This document shows positions 48,345-56,755 of a DNA stretch of 64,000 bases, one piece after another. A program made the position numbers and the translations under genes. A model generated the notes under the pieces. It had not been told where the DNA came from. It did not search any database and worked only from the letters and a program-made list of their open reading frames with translations. The stretch covers positions 23,879-87,878 of the forward strand of contig JBQTIQ010000040.1 of the NCBI GenBank assembly GCA_052387955.1. The letters run 5' to 3'. The stretch's first letter is position 1. Each line of letters opens with the position of its first letter. The stretch is from Acidimicrobiia bacterium (lineage in GTDB: Bacteria > Actinomycetota > Acidimicrobiia > Acidimicrobiales > JACDCH01).

Positions 48345-49451
48345 CTAGGCCGCCGCCAGGGCCTTGGCCTTTGCCGCGAGCGTCTCGAGCAGGTCGTCGA
48401 ACGACTTGGCGAACGCCTTGACGCCTTCGGTCTCCAAGGTGGCGGTGACGTCGGCAAGATCGATGCCCACGGCGGCGAGCTGTTCCACCACGCCCCGGGC
48501 ATCGGCGAGGCCTACGTCGATCGTGCGGGCCACCGTGCCGTGGTCTTCGAAAGCCTCCAGCGTGCTCTCGGGCATGGTGTTGACCGTCTGGGGACCGACC
48601 AGCTCGTCGACGTAGAGCGTGTCCGGGTAGTCGGGGTTCTTCACCGAGGTCGACGCCCACAGTGGGCGCTGTACCTGGGCGCCCGCCGCCGCCAGCGCCT
48701 TCCAGCGATCGCTGGAGAACCGCTGCTGGAACAGCTCGTAGGCGAGCTTGGCGTTGGCCACCGCCGCTCGGCCCTGCAGCGCCTGCGCCTCGGCGCCGCC
48801 GACGGCTTCGAGCCGCTTGTCGACCTCGGTGTCGACCCGGCTGACGAAGAACGAGGCCACGCTGGTAACCCGGGACACGTCGTGGCCGTCGGCCACACGC
48901 CCCTCGAGCCCGCTCATGAACGCGTCGATGACCTGGCCGTAGCGTTCGACACCGAACAGCAGGGTGATGTTGACGCTGATGCCGGCACGCAGGGACTGCT
49001 CGACGGCGGCCAGCCCCTCCGCCGTGCCCGGGATCTTGACCAGCAGGTTCGGCTGGTTGACCCGGGCCCAGAGGTCGGCGGCGGCGGCGACGGTCCCGCT
49101 GGTGTCGTAGGCGAGCCCGGGCGCGACCTCGATCGACACCAGGCCGTCGGTACCGCCCGAGCGCTCGTGCACGTTCCTGAGCACCGCCAGCGCGTCCTTG
49201 ATGTCGGCGATGACCATCTCCCAGTAGGCGTCCTCGACGGAGTAGCCCTGGCGGATCAGAGCCGAGAACTGGACGTCGTAGTCCGAGCCCTCGGCGATCG
49301 CCTTGGCGAAGATCGTCGGGTTCGAGGTGATCCCCCGCACCGCCCGGTCGACCCAACCGGCGAGCTCGCCGCCGAGGAGCCATCCCCGCTTGAGGTTGTC
49401 GAGCCACGGGCTCTGGCCCTGCTCATCGCATAGATCGTGAAGTCGGGACAT
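48345..49451 (-). CDS. tal: transaldolase (actinobacterial long form)
   Basis: QSPWLDNL.R......L.......GITSNPTIF and VKIPGT. 368 aa. Confidence 0.92.
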   Translation of the reverse strand: MSRLHDLCDEQGQSPWLDNLKRGWLLGGELAGWVDRAVRGITSNPTIFAKAIAEGSDYDVQFSALIRQGYSVEDAYWEMVIADIKDALAVLRNVHERSGGTDGLVSIEVAPGLAYDTSGTVAAAADLWARVNQPNLLVKIPGTAEGLAAVEQSLRAGISVNITLLFGVERYGQVIDAFMSGLEGRVADGHDVSRVTSVASFFVSRVDTEVDKRLEAVGGAEAQALQGRAAVANAKLAYELFQQRFSSDRWKALAAAGAQVQRPLWASTSVKNPDYPDTLYVDELVGPQTVNTMPESTLEAFEDHGTVARTIDVGLADARGVVEQLAAVGIDLADVTATLETEGVKAFAKSFDDLLETLAAKAKALAAA

Positions 49452-49460
49452 GGTGACCTC

Positions 49461-51464
49461 TCAGTCGGACAGCGCATCGACCAGTTGCCGGGCCCGGTCG
49501 GCGACGTTCTGCGCGGTGAAACCGAGCCGCTCCAGGACGGTCCTACCCGGTGCCGAGGCCCCGAACCGGTCGATCGACACCGAGTCGTCGGCCCAGCGGT
49601 CCCAACCGAACGACGCTGCCGCCTCCACCGCCAGCGTGGGCACCTCGGGAGGCAACGTCGACTCCTGGTAGTCCTCGTCTTGGAGGTCGAGGAGCTCCCA
49701 GCACGGCATCGAGACGACCCGCACCGTGAGGCCTTCGCCTTCGAGGATCGTCCTGGCGTCCAGGCACACGGCGACTTCGCTGCCGGTGCCGATCAGGACG
49801 AGATCGAGCTCGGCGGCGCCGGCGCTGCCCTCGGCGACGACGTAGGCGCCCCGCCCCAGGCCGGTGGCCGCCTCGGGAGGCACCACGACGGGGAGGTCCT
49901 GGCGGCTGAGCACGAGTGCCGTGGGCCCGTCGGAGCCGATGGCGACGGCCCAGGCGGCCGCGGTCTCGTTGGCGTCGGCGGGGCGCACGACCCGGAGACC
50001 GGGCATGGCCCGCATCGACGCCAGGTGTTCGACGGGCTGATGGGTGGGCCCGTCCTCGCCGAGCCCGACCGAGTCGTGGGTCCAGGAGTAGACGACCTTG
50101 GACCCCGACAGGGCGGACAGCCTGACCGCGCCCCTCATGTAGTCGGAGAAGACGAAGAAGGTGCCTCCGACGGGGATGACGCCCCCGTGCCGGGCCATCC
50201 CGTTCATGGCCGCGGCCATGGCGTGTTCGCGCACCCCGAAGTAGAGCTGTCGGCCCCCCGGGTCGTCCGCCGACTGGGTGCCGTGGCCCTTGACGACGGT
50301 ACCGGTGTTACCGGTGAGGTCGGCGCCGCCACCCATCAGTCCGGGGACGACGTCGAGCAGGGACTGCAGGCACGTGCCGCTGGCCTTGCGGGTGGCGGCG
50401 TTGTCGCCGACCGACCAGGTGGGGAGCTTCTCACGCCACCCGTCGAGGCCTCGGCCGGAGAGGCATGCCTCCCACGCGTCGCGGTCGGGGCCGGCCATTC
50501 GCCGTTCGACGCGTTGCTCCCACGCTTCCCGCTCGGGACGGCCGCGGGCACCGGCCCGGCGGTAGAAGGCCAGCACGTCGTCGGGTACCCAGAACGACTC
50601 CTCCGGCGGGATGCGGAGGATCTCCTTGGTGAGCCGCACCTCTTCGTCGCCCAGGGCGTTGCCGTGGGCGAACTCGGAGTCGGTGTAGTTGGGCGACGGC
50701 CAGCCGATGTGGCTGCGCAGCACGATCATCGACGGCGCGTCGTCGACCGCCTTCGCCCGGCGCAGGGCAGCCTCGAGGGCGTCGACGTCGTTGGCCACCT
50801 CGCCGACACGGTCGACGTGCCAGCCGTAGGCCTCGAAGCGTTTGCCGACGTCGTCGGAGTAGGACAGCTCCGTCGGGCCGTCGATGGAGATGTGGTTGTC
50901 GTCGTAGACGTAGACCAGTCGGCCCAGCTTCAGGTGCCCGGCCAGGGAAGCAGCCTCGTGGGACAGGCCTTCCTCGAGGTCGCCGTCGCTGCAGATGACG
51001 AAGGTGTGGTGGTCGCAGGCATCGGGCCCGAACCGGGAGCGCAGGTACCGCTCGGCCACGCCCATACCCACGGCGTTGGCGAACCCCTGCCCGAGCGGGC
51101 CGGTGGTGATCTCTACGCCGGAGGTGTGGTGCACCTCGGGATGACCGGGTGTGCGCGAGCCCCACTGCCGGAACTGGCGCAGGTCCTCCAGGCTGAGGTC
51201 GTAACCGGTGAGGTGGAGCATGGCGTACTGCAGGATCGAGGCATGGCCGGCGGAGAGCACGAAACGGTCGCGGTCGGGCCATTCCGGATCGGAGGCGTCG
51301 TACTTCATGACCCGGGCCCACAGCGTGTGGGCCAAGGGGGCCAGAGCCATCCCGGTACCGGGATGGCCGCTGTTGGCCGCCTGGGGCCCGTCCATCGCCA
51401 GGCCCCGGATGACGTTGATGGCCTTCTGTTCGAGTTCGGCGTCGGCGCCGGCAACGGCGGTCAC
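49461..51464 (-). CDS. tkt: transketolase
   Basis: SGHPG, RDRFVLSAGHAS.L.Y, GPLGQG, the DGDLEEG TPP-binding motif, and EDGPTHQPVE. Confidence 0.95.
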   Translation of the reverse strand: MTAVAGADAELEQKAINVIRGLAMDGPQAANSGHPGTGMALAPLAHTLWARVMKYDASDPEWPDRDRFVLSAGHASILQYAMLHLTGYDLSLEDLRQFRQWGSRTPGHPEVHHTSGVEITTGPLGQGFANAVGMGVAERYLRSRFGPDACDHHTFVICSDGDLEEGLSHEAASLAGHLKLGRLVYVYDDNHISIDGPTELSYSDDVGKRFEAYGWHVDRVGEVANDVDALEAALRRAKAVDDAPSMIVLRSHIGWPSPNYTDSEFAHGNALGDEEVRLTKEILRIPPEESFWVPDDVLAFYRRAGARGRPEREAWEQRVERRMAGPDRDAWEACLSGRGLDGWREKLPTWSVGDNAATRKASGTCLQSLLDVVPGLMGGGADLTGNTGTVVKGHGTQSADDPGGRQLYFGVREHAMAAAMNGMARHGGVIPVGGTFFVFSDYMRGAVRLSALSGSKVVYSWTHDSVGLGEDGPTHQPVEHLASMRAMPGLRVVRPADANETAAAWAVAIGSDGPTALVLSRQDLPVVVPPEAATGLGRGAYVVAEGSAGAAELDLVLIGTGSEVAVCLDARTILEGEGLTVRVVSMPCWELLDLQDEDYQESTLPPEVPTLAVEAAASFGWDRWADDSVSIDRFGASAPGRTVLERLGFTAQNVADRARQLVDALSD

Positions 51465-51526
51465 CTCGCGACCCTACCCAGGCGCTCCGCCAAAGGATCA
51501 CACAGCCACGGGTGAGCCCAAGGCGA

Positions 51527-51603
51527 ATACGAGCGCAGGAGCGCAGGCGCGGCACGGCGCGGCCTGCGTGGCCGGCGAACGCCGGCATCAGGGGTCGAGG
51601 TGG
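51527..51603 (-). repeat. family-B repeat, copy B3 (first unit of a 77-bp tandem pair)
   Basis: The core at 51530-51582 is the reverse complement of the B consensus (GCGTTCgCCGGCCACGCAGGCCG-CGCCGTGCCGC-GCCTGCGCTcCTGCGCTCG). It lies upstream of tkt. Confidence 0.8.
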
Positions 51604-51680
51604 ATACGAGCGCCGGAGCGCCAGCGCAGGCGCGGCACGGCGCGGCCTGCGTGGCCGGGGAACGCCAGCATCACTGGTCG
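51604..51680 (-). repeat. family-B repeat, copy B4 (second unit of the tandem pair)
   Basis: The core at 51607-51665 is the reverse complement of GCGTTCCCCGGCCACGCAGGCCG-CGCCGTGCCGC-GCCTGCGCTGGCGCTCCGGCGCTCG. The unit end overlaps the stop of the FIST gene (51671-51673). Confidence 0.85.
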
Positions 51681-52834
51681 TTGAAGAGGGCGACCGAGAC
51701 GCTCAGGCGGTGCACGAGGCTCTGGCCCCCCACCGGGCCGACCTCACCGGCGCAGAACATGCCCGCGGTGGCGCCGTTGTCGGCGTGGGCGTCGACGACC
51801 TCGGCGTCGTGGTCGGGCGACCCGAAGAGCTTTTCTCCCCGGCCGGTGTCGGTGAACACCAAGGCCCCGCCGGCGTGCGTCCCGGCCAGCATGAGGCGCA
51901 GGTCCTCGTCGGCGCTGGTCGCGTCCCGGACCTGGAACTGGACGAGCATCCCCACCTCGAGCGGGCCGCCGATGGCCAACGCCCTCATCCGCCGGTCGCC
52001 AGCCATCACGCTGCGGATGACGAAGTCGCCCCGGCGGAAGTCCAGCTTCCGCTCGTCGATCACGTGCCCCAGTTGCAGGCCGGTGTCGGCCAGTTCCCGG
52101 ATCTCGGGGTCGAGGGTGTCGAGCACTTCCATCAGCCGGTCGAGGGCGGGCTGGCCGGCCAACTCGTGCAGGACGAGGCCGTCCGCCCGGGTTACCACCA
52201 TGGGCTCGCCGATGGGCCGGCAGCCCTGGGAGACGACCGTCTCGCACGATGCGCCGGGGGGCAGGAGGGCGCCGACGGCACCGTCGCGGTAGATCGTCTC
52301 GTCGCACAGGAGCCGGTTGTGACGAGGCCCTCGGCCTGCCGAGGCGATCCCGCCGCACACCCGCAGGCCAGCGTGGGCGCTCTGCATGGTGGCGAGGAAC
52401 CGGTCGAGAGGGACCGAGAACGGGTCGGCCACGACGACCAGGACGCGGTCCTCGTGGTCGTCGAGCATCCCGGCGACGGGGTCACCCAGGGCGACCAGGC
52501 TGGGCCGGACGAGGCCGAACATCGGCGTCGACGTCACCGCGTGCTGCAGGTCGAGGCGTACGGGGGTCACGGGCGCACCGAACCGACCGGCCCACAGCGA
52601 CACTGCGGGCCGGGACTCGACCTCCCGTCGGGCGGCCAGCACCGACACCGCCGTCGAGCCGATCATGCAGCCTGGGCGCAGGGCCCGGCGCACTACCGCG
52701 GCGATGTCGTCGAGGGCGCCCATGTGGTCAGCGGTGACGAACAGCACCGCCAGCTCAGGTGCTTCGCCCACCTGTTCGAGGACCGAGCCGACCACCTCGC
52801 CGGCAGCGTGGGTGGCCAGGGGATGCTCCGACAT
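51671..52834 (-). CDS. FIST domain (FIST N + FIST C) signal-transduction sensor protein
   Basis: ELAVLFVTADH...GCMIGSTAVSVLA...VSLWAG and a C-terminal ...FCAGEVGPVGG..LVH are typical FIST_N/FIST_C. Start at the ATG at 52834 (or GTG at 52852). Confidence 0.8.
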   Translation of the reverse strand: MSEHPLATHAAGEVVGSVLEQVGEAPELAVLFVTADHMGALDDIAAVVRRALRPGCMIGSTAVSVLAARREVESRPAVSLWAGRFGAPVTPVRLDLQHAVTSTPMFGLVRPSLVALGDPVAGMLDDHEDRVLVVVADPFSVPLDRFLATMQSAHAGLRVCGGIASAGRGPRHNRLLCDETIYRDGAVGALLPPGASCETVVSQGCRPIGEPMVVTRADGLVLHELAGQPALDRLMEVLDTLDPEIRELADTGLQLGHVIDERKLDFRRGDFVIRSVMAGDRRMRALAIGGPLEVGMLVQFQVRDATSADEDLRLMLAGTHAGGALVFTDTGRGEKLFGSPDHDAEVVDAHADNGATAGMFCAGEVGPVGGQSLVHRLSVSVALFNDQ

Positions 52835-52872
52835 GGCCGCCGCGTAGGGCACGGGTCAGCGCTTCCCGGAGG

Positions 52873-52990
52873 GCACTCGCTGCGCTCGCACTTCGTTCAT
52901 CCCGTGGGGCTGCGCCCCACACCCATCGCCGCCGGGCGAGCTGGCGCTCGCGCCGTCGCCCTGAAGCACTCGCTGCGCTCGCACTTCAGT
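52873..52990 (+). repeat. composite element: degenerate family-A core flanked by a perfect 22-bp direct repeat
   Basis: GCACTCGCTGCGCTCGCACTTC occurs at 52873-52894 and again at 52966-52987. Between them is GTTCATCCCGTGGGGCTGCGCCCCACACCCATCGCCGCCGGGCGAGCTGGCGCTCGCGCCGTCGCC, which is related to family A. Confidence 0.75.
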
Positions 52991-53504
52991 CGTCCTGGTC
53001 GACGGCGGGCAGCAACGCGAAGGGCACGACGACGGGATCGGCGCCGTCGAGGCGGCACCGGGCCTCGATCGCCCCGGGGCTGTCGAAGGTCAGCTCGGCA
53101 CGGACCAGGCGGTAGGTGAACTTGCCTGGTTCGACTTGCAGCAGCTGCACGTTGCGGGCCACCTGCTCGCCGTCGCGGTGGTACGTGACCTCGAGAGAGG
53201 CGGTGTCGGATGCCCCGGGCGGGCACCGCACCAGCACCACGAGGTGGGGTTCGATGGTCTGCGGGAACGCTCCGGTGGCAGCTTCGGAGAACTTCACGCC
53301 GGTCAGGTCGATGCGGGTGGCGCCCCCTTCGGCTTCCCGGAGGCTGATCCCCTCGATGAACACGGCGGCGACGATCTGCATGGCGTCGGCAACATAGTGC
53401 GACAGGACGGCGACGGGCCGTTCGCTGAAGGCGAGCCGAGCGAGCGCCTCGGGCGACGGAGCGGCCACCGGTACGTCCCCCGCCGACGGCTGCGGGCGTC
53501 GCAT
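52986..53504 (-). CDS. hypothetical protein (172 aa), probably beta-rich
   Basis: ATG at 53504. The composition is coding-like (…IEGISLREAEGGATRIDLTGVKFSE…LEVTYHRDGEQVARNVQLLQVEPGKFTYRLVRAELTF…). No family recognised. Confidence 0.45.
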   Translation of the reverse strand: MRRPQPSAGDVPVAAPSPEALARLAFSERPVAVLSHYVADAMQIVAAVFIEGISLREAEGGATRIDLTGVKFSEAATGAFPQTIEPHLVVLVRCPPGASDTASLEVTYHRDGEQVARNVQLLQVEPGKFTYRLVRAELTFDSPGAIEARCRLDGADPVVVPFALLPAVDQDD

Positions 53505-53562
53505 CGAGGAATGACGGCGGTGCCGTGACCGGGAAAGTGGCCCGCGGTAGCTTCCCAGCGCG

Positions 53563-55005
53563 ATGGCGAGGCACCGGTGGGCGGGAGGTGCGGGCAGGTG
53601 GTTGACGCCCGGGATGGCGCTGGTGGCTGTGGTCGCGGGGTTGTCGACCCTGCGCCTCGAGCGGGCCCCGGCAGCCCGGCCCACGATCGGCGCCGCTTCA
53701 CCGGTGACGCCGGTCCTGTCGGCGCGACGGGCCCCCGAACTGTTGGCGTCACCGGTCGCCGACCGGCGCCTGGCCGAAGGGCTCAACGAGCTGCTGTCCC
53801 GGACGCGGGGGAGCGCCTGCCTCACCGTGTCGGCTGCTGGCCGGCAGGTCTTCGCCCTCGAACCGACCCGGCCGATGGTCCCAGCGTCGCTGCAGAAGCT
53901 GGTCACCGCGTCCGTCGCCCTCGACGTCCTCGGGCCCGACACTACGTTGCGCACCGCGGTCCGGGCCGGCGGCCCCGTGGCCGAGGGTGTGGTCGCCGGC
54001 GATCTCTACCTGGTCGGGGGCGGTGACCCGGTCTTGGTGACCGATCCCTATCTGCAGCGCTTCAAGTACCGGCCCGCCGCTTTCACCAGCTTCGAGGCGC
54101 TGGCCGATCGCATCGTGGCCGCTGGGGTCACCCGGGTCGAGGGCAGCGTGATCGGCGACGACCGCCGCTACGACAACGTCCGCTACAGCCCGCTTTGGCC
54201 CCAGAACTTCATCGACGACGCCGACGTCGGCCCGATCGGCGCCCTGACCGTCAACGACGGTTTCACCGAGTTCCCGCCCAGCCCCGACGTCCGGCTCCCG
54301 GAGCCGGCGCCGGCCAGCGACCCGGCGGCGTGGGCCGCCGTGGTCATGACCGAACTGCTCCGGGCACGGGGCGTGACCGTTGCCGCTGCGGCCGCCTCCG
54401 GCGTGGTCCCCGACGACGCCCCGGAGGTGGCGGCGATTGAGTCGCCACCGGTCAAGGACCTGGTCGTGCGGATGCTGCGGGACAGCCACAACCTGACCTC
54501 GGAGATGATCGTCCGGGAGATCGGCTTCCGGGAGGGGACGGGCACCACCGAGGCCGGCCTGGCGGTGATCCAGCGTCAGCTGGCCGCCGGTGACCTGCCC
54601 ACCGACGGCACCAGCCCCCTCGACGGTTCCGGGCTGGCCAGCCAGGACAAGATGACGTGCCAGCTGGCCCAGGCGGTCCTCGATCGCAGCGGGCCCGAGT
54701 CGGCCCTCGGTGTCGCCCTTCCGGTGGCGGGGGAGTCGGGGACACTCGTCGAGCGCTTCGAGGACAACCCTGCGGCCGGGCGCCTTCGGGCCAAGACGGG
54801 CACGCTCAACCAGGTCGTCGCCCTGGCCGGTTTCATCGACTCGGTGCCGGGCAGCCAGCTCAGCTTCTCCTACATCGTGAACCTCGAGCCCCCCGCGATC
54901 ATTACCATCGACGATGTCGACCGCGCCGACGAGCTGGGGGCGATCCTCTCCCGCTACCCCGAGGGCCCCGATCTCGGCGCCCTCGGCCCCGTGCCCGTGC
55001 CCTGA
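53563..55005 (+). CDS. dacB: D-alanyl-D-alanine carboxypeptidase/endopeptidase (PBP4, peptidase S13)
   Basis: SxxK motif PASLQKLVT, a later SGL/SHN-type region (RDSHNLTSE), and KTGTL near the C-terminus. N-terminal signal/TM. Confidence 0.85.
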   Translation: MARHRWAGGAGRWLTPGMALVAVVAGLSTLRLERAPAARPTIGAASPVTPVLSARRAPELLASPVADRRLAEGLNELLSRTRGSACLTVSAAGRQVFALEPTRPMVPASLQKLVTASVALDVLGPDTTLRTAVRAGGPVAEGVVAGDLYLVGGGDPVLVTDPYLQRFKYRPAAFTSFEALADRIVAAGVTRVEGSVIGDDRRYDNVRYSPLWPQNFIDDADVGPIGALTVNDGFTEFPPSPDVRLPEPAPASDPAAWAAVVMTELLRARGVTVAAAAASGVVPDDAPEVAAIESPPVKDLVVRMLRDSHNLTSEMIVREIGFREGTGTTEAGLAVIQRQLAAGDLPTDGTSPLDGSGLASQDKMTCQLAQAVLDRSGPESALGVALPVAGESGTLVERFEDNPAAGRLRAKTGTLNQVVALAGFIDSVPGSQLSFSYIVNLEPPAIITIDDVDRADELGAILSRYPEGPDLGALGPVPVP

Positions 55006-55048
55006 CCACGAGCGGGGCCTGCGCGGTGGTGGGCATTACCTTTGCCTG

Positions 55049-55663
55049 GTGGCGCTGCCGATGTTCCCGTTGGGCAACGTGTTGTTCCCGAGCGTGTTCC
55101 TGCCGTTGCACGTCTTCGAGCCCCGCTATCGCGACCTGACCCGGGAGTGCCTGGCCGGTGACCGCGAGTTCGGCGTGGTGCTCATCGAGCGAGGTAGCGA
55201 GGTGGGCGGCGACGACCAGCGCACCACCGTCGGGACCGTGGCCCAGATCGTCGAAGCCAAGGAGTTCGACGACGGCCGGTGGGCCTTGGCCACCGTCGGC
55301 ACCCGCCGTATCCGGGTGCTCCGCTGGCTGGGCGACGCGCCCTTCCCCAACGCCGAGGTCGAGGACTGGGACGACGAGCCCGCCACCGATGCCACCGCCG
55401 CCCGCTACGGCACCGTTCTCCACGCCCTGCGGCGGGTCCTCGCCCTCAAGACCGAGCTCGACGAGCCCGCCGTGGACGCCACCATCGAGCTCAGTGACGA
55501 TCCCACCCTGGGCTCCTACCAGGTGGCGGCGGTGGCGCCGTTCGGTCCCGCCGACCAGCAGACCCTGCTCGCCTGCGCCGGCCCCGATGCCCGCCTGGCG
55601 CGTCTCGACGCCCTCCTTACCGAAGAGGAGGAGTTCCTCCGCGCCCGTCTCGCGTTCGGCTGA
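55049..55663 (+). CDS. LON N-terminal substrate-binding domain protein
   Basis: LPMFPLGNVLFPSVFLPLHVFEPRYRDL...FGVVLI...VGT.A.I is the typical Lon N-terminal (LON_substr_bdg) stand-alone protein. The start is GTG at 55049 or ATG at 55061. Confidence 0.8.
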   Translation: MALPMFPLGNVLFPSVFLPLHVFEPRYRDLTRECLAGDREFGVVLIERGSEVGGDDQRTTVGTVAQIVEAKEFDDGRWALATVGTRRIRVLRWLGDAPFPNAEVEDWDDEPATDATAARYGTVLHALRRVLALKTELDEPAVDATIELSDDPTLGSYQVAAVAPFGPADQQTLLACAGPDARLARLDALLTEEEEFLRARLAFG

Positions 55664-55810
55664 CAGCAGCGCCGTTGAAGACCTGCTGCGGGCGTCGCTC
55701 CCCTCCTGCGCGGCAAGCTGTCGCCGACGGCCTGGCGGCCGCGCCGGAGACGGTCCTGGTCACGCTTCGTGCCGCGCTTCGGCCATGCCTGATGCCGCGG
55801 TCGGGCTAGG

Positions 55811-56134
55811 TTGCCGGTCGTGCCGGAGCAGAAGAGCATTCCGGAAGTGGTGGCCGAGCTGAAAGAGCTCACCGTCACCTATGCCAAGCAGGAGACGATC
55901 GAGCCGCTCAAAGGCCTCGGGCGCCAGCTGTTGTGGGGCGTGGCCGGGTCGGTGCTGCTCTCGGTCGGGCTCGTCCTGCTCACCCTCGGGCTCCTGCGCG
56001 GCATGCAGACCGAGACCGGTACCGCCCTCTCCGGCAACTGGAGCTGGGTCCCGTACCTCGTGTCGATCGTGTTCCTGGCCGTGCTCATCGGCTGGGCCCT
56101 GTCCATGATCAGACCGAAGGACGCCACCCGATGA
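55811..56134 (+). CDS. Holin-X / phage holin family (actinobacterial) membrane protein
   Basis: EVVAELKELTVTYAKQETIEPLKGLGR followed by two TM helices. The pattern is typical of the actinobacterial Holin-X (superfamily III) family. Confidence 0.65.
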   Translation: MPVVPEQKSIPEVVAELKELTVTYAKQETIEPLKGLGRQLLWGVAGSVLLSVGLVLLTLGLLRGMQTETGTALSGNWSWVPYLVSIVFLAVLIGWALSMIRPKDATR

Positions 56135-56210
56135 CCGTTCATGCTCGGGGGCTGCGCCCCCGGACCCCATCGTCGCCCGGCTCGCTAGCGCTCGCGCTGT
56201 CGACCGGTCA
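56131..56210 (+). repeat. family-A repeat, copy A3
   Basis: ATGACCGTTCATGCTCGGGGGCTGCGCCCCCGGACCCCATCGTCGCCCGGCTCGCTAGCGCTCGCGCTGTCGACCGG. Its ATGA supplies the stop codon of the Holin-X gene. Confidence 0.85.
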
Positions 56211-56239
56211 CGAGAACGATCTCTAGGGATGCTGCACCA

Positions 56240-56449
56240 GTGACCGCCAGCCCCCGAGTGACCCGTCAGGACCTCGAGGACAAGTTCCGCGAGCTGCGGG
56301 GCGAGGTAGACACGGTCAAGGAGTCGGCCCGCTCGTACGCGCTGGTGGCCGGCGCCATCGCCGCCGCGGTGGTGATCGTCGTCGTCTTCGGCCTCGGCAA
56401 GCGCCGAGGCAAGAAGCGTTCGACCGTCGTCGAGATCCGCCGGATCTGA
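56240..56449 (+). CDS. small membrane protein (N-terminal helix, C-terminal TM, basic tail)
   Basis: The GTG at 56240 gives ...QDLEDKFRELRGEVDTVKE... followed by the TM ALVAGAIAAAVVIVVVFGLG and then KRRGKKR. This is typical of small proteins found beside Holin-X genes. Confidence 0.5.
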   Translation: MTASPRVTRQDLEDKFRELRGEVDTVKESARSYALVAGAIAAAVVIVVVFGLGKRRGKKRSTVVEIRRI

Positions 56450-56468
56450 TCGAGGGGACGGGCTTCAC

Positions 56469-56690
56469 GTGTCGCGACTGCAGGGCCTCTTGCGCCTCCG
56501 TGGTTTCCAGAAAGGGGTCATGGGCCAGAGCCGGGCGTGGATGACCCTCTGGCTCGCCCTGTCGGCCCGGGAGTGGCTGCGCAACCGGGCCCGCAAGCGC
56601 GAGGTGGTCGCCCGCTACACCCTCGGGCCGGGCGAAGGCCTGTCGGTCTCCGACCTCGGCCTCACGGCCAAGCAGGCTCCGCCGCCGTAG
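56469..56690 (+). CDS. hypothetical small protein
   Basis: GTG start, 73 aa. No motif recognised, but it fills the gap before trmI in the same orientation. Confidence 0.35.
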   Translation: MSRLQGLLRLRGFQKGVMGQSRAWMTLWLALSAREWLRNRARKREVVARYTLGPGEGLSVSDLGLTAKQAPPP

Positions 56691-56755
56691 CCGCGGCCCG
56701 GCGGTCCCGGTCGGCAACCAGACCGTACGATGCGTCCGGTGAAGGGTGGGACCGG

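Noticed and set aside
49437-51515. 692-aa ORF on the plus strand
   Set aside because: It is antisense to transketolase, which has a full set of TPP-enzyme motifs. Its composition is that of a GC-driven shadow ORF.
51527-51680. Possibility that the repeated GC-rich units are a CRISPR array
   Set aside because: There are only two adjacent units with no unique spacer between them. Other copies are dispersed singly, no cas genes are present, and the repeat architecture (arms plus variable loop) is REP/MITE-like.
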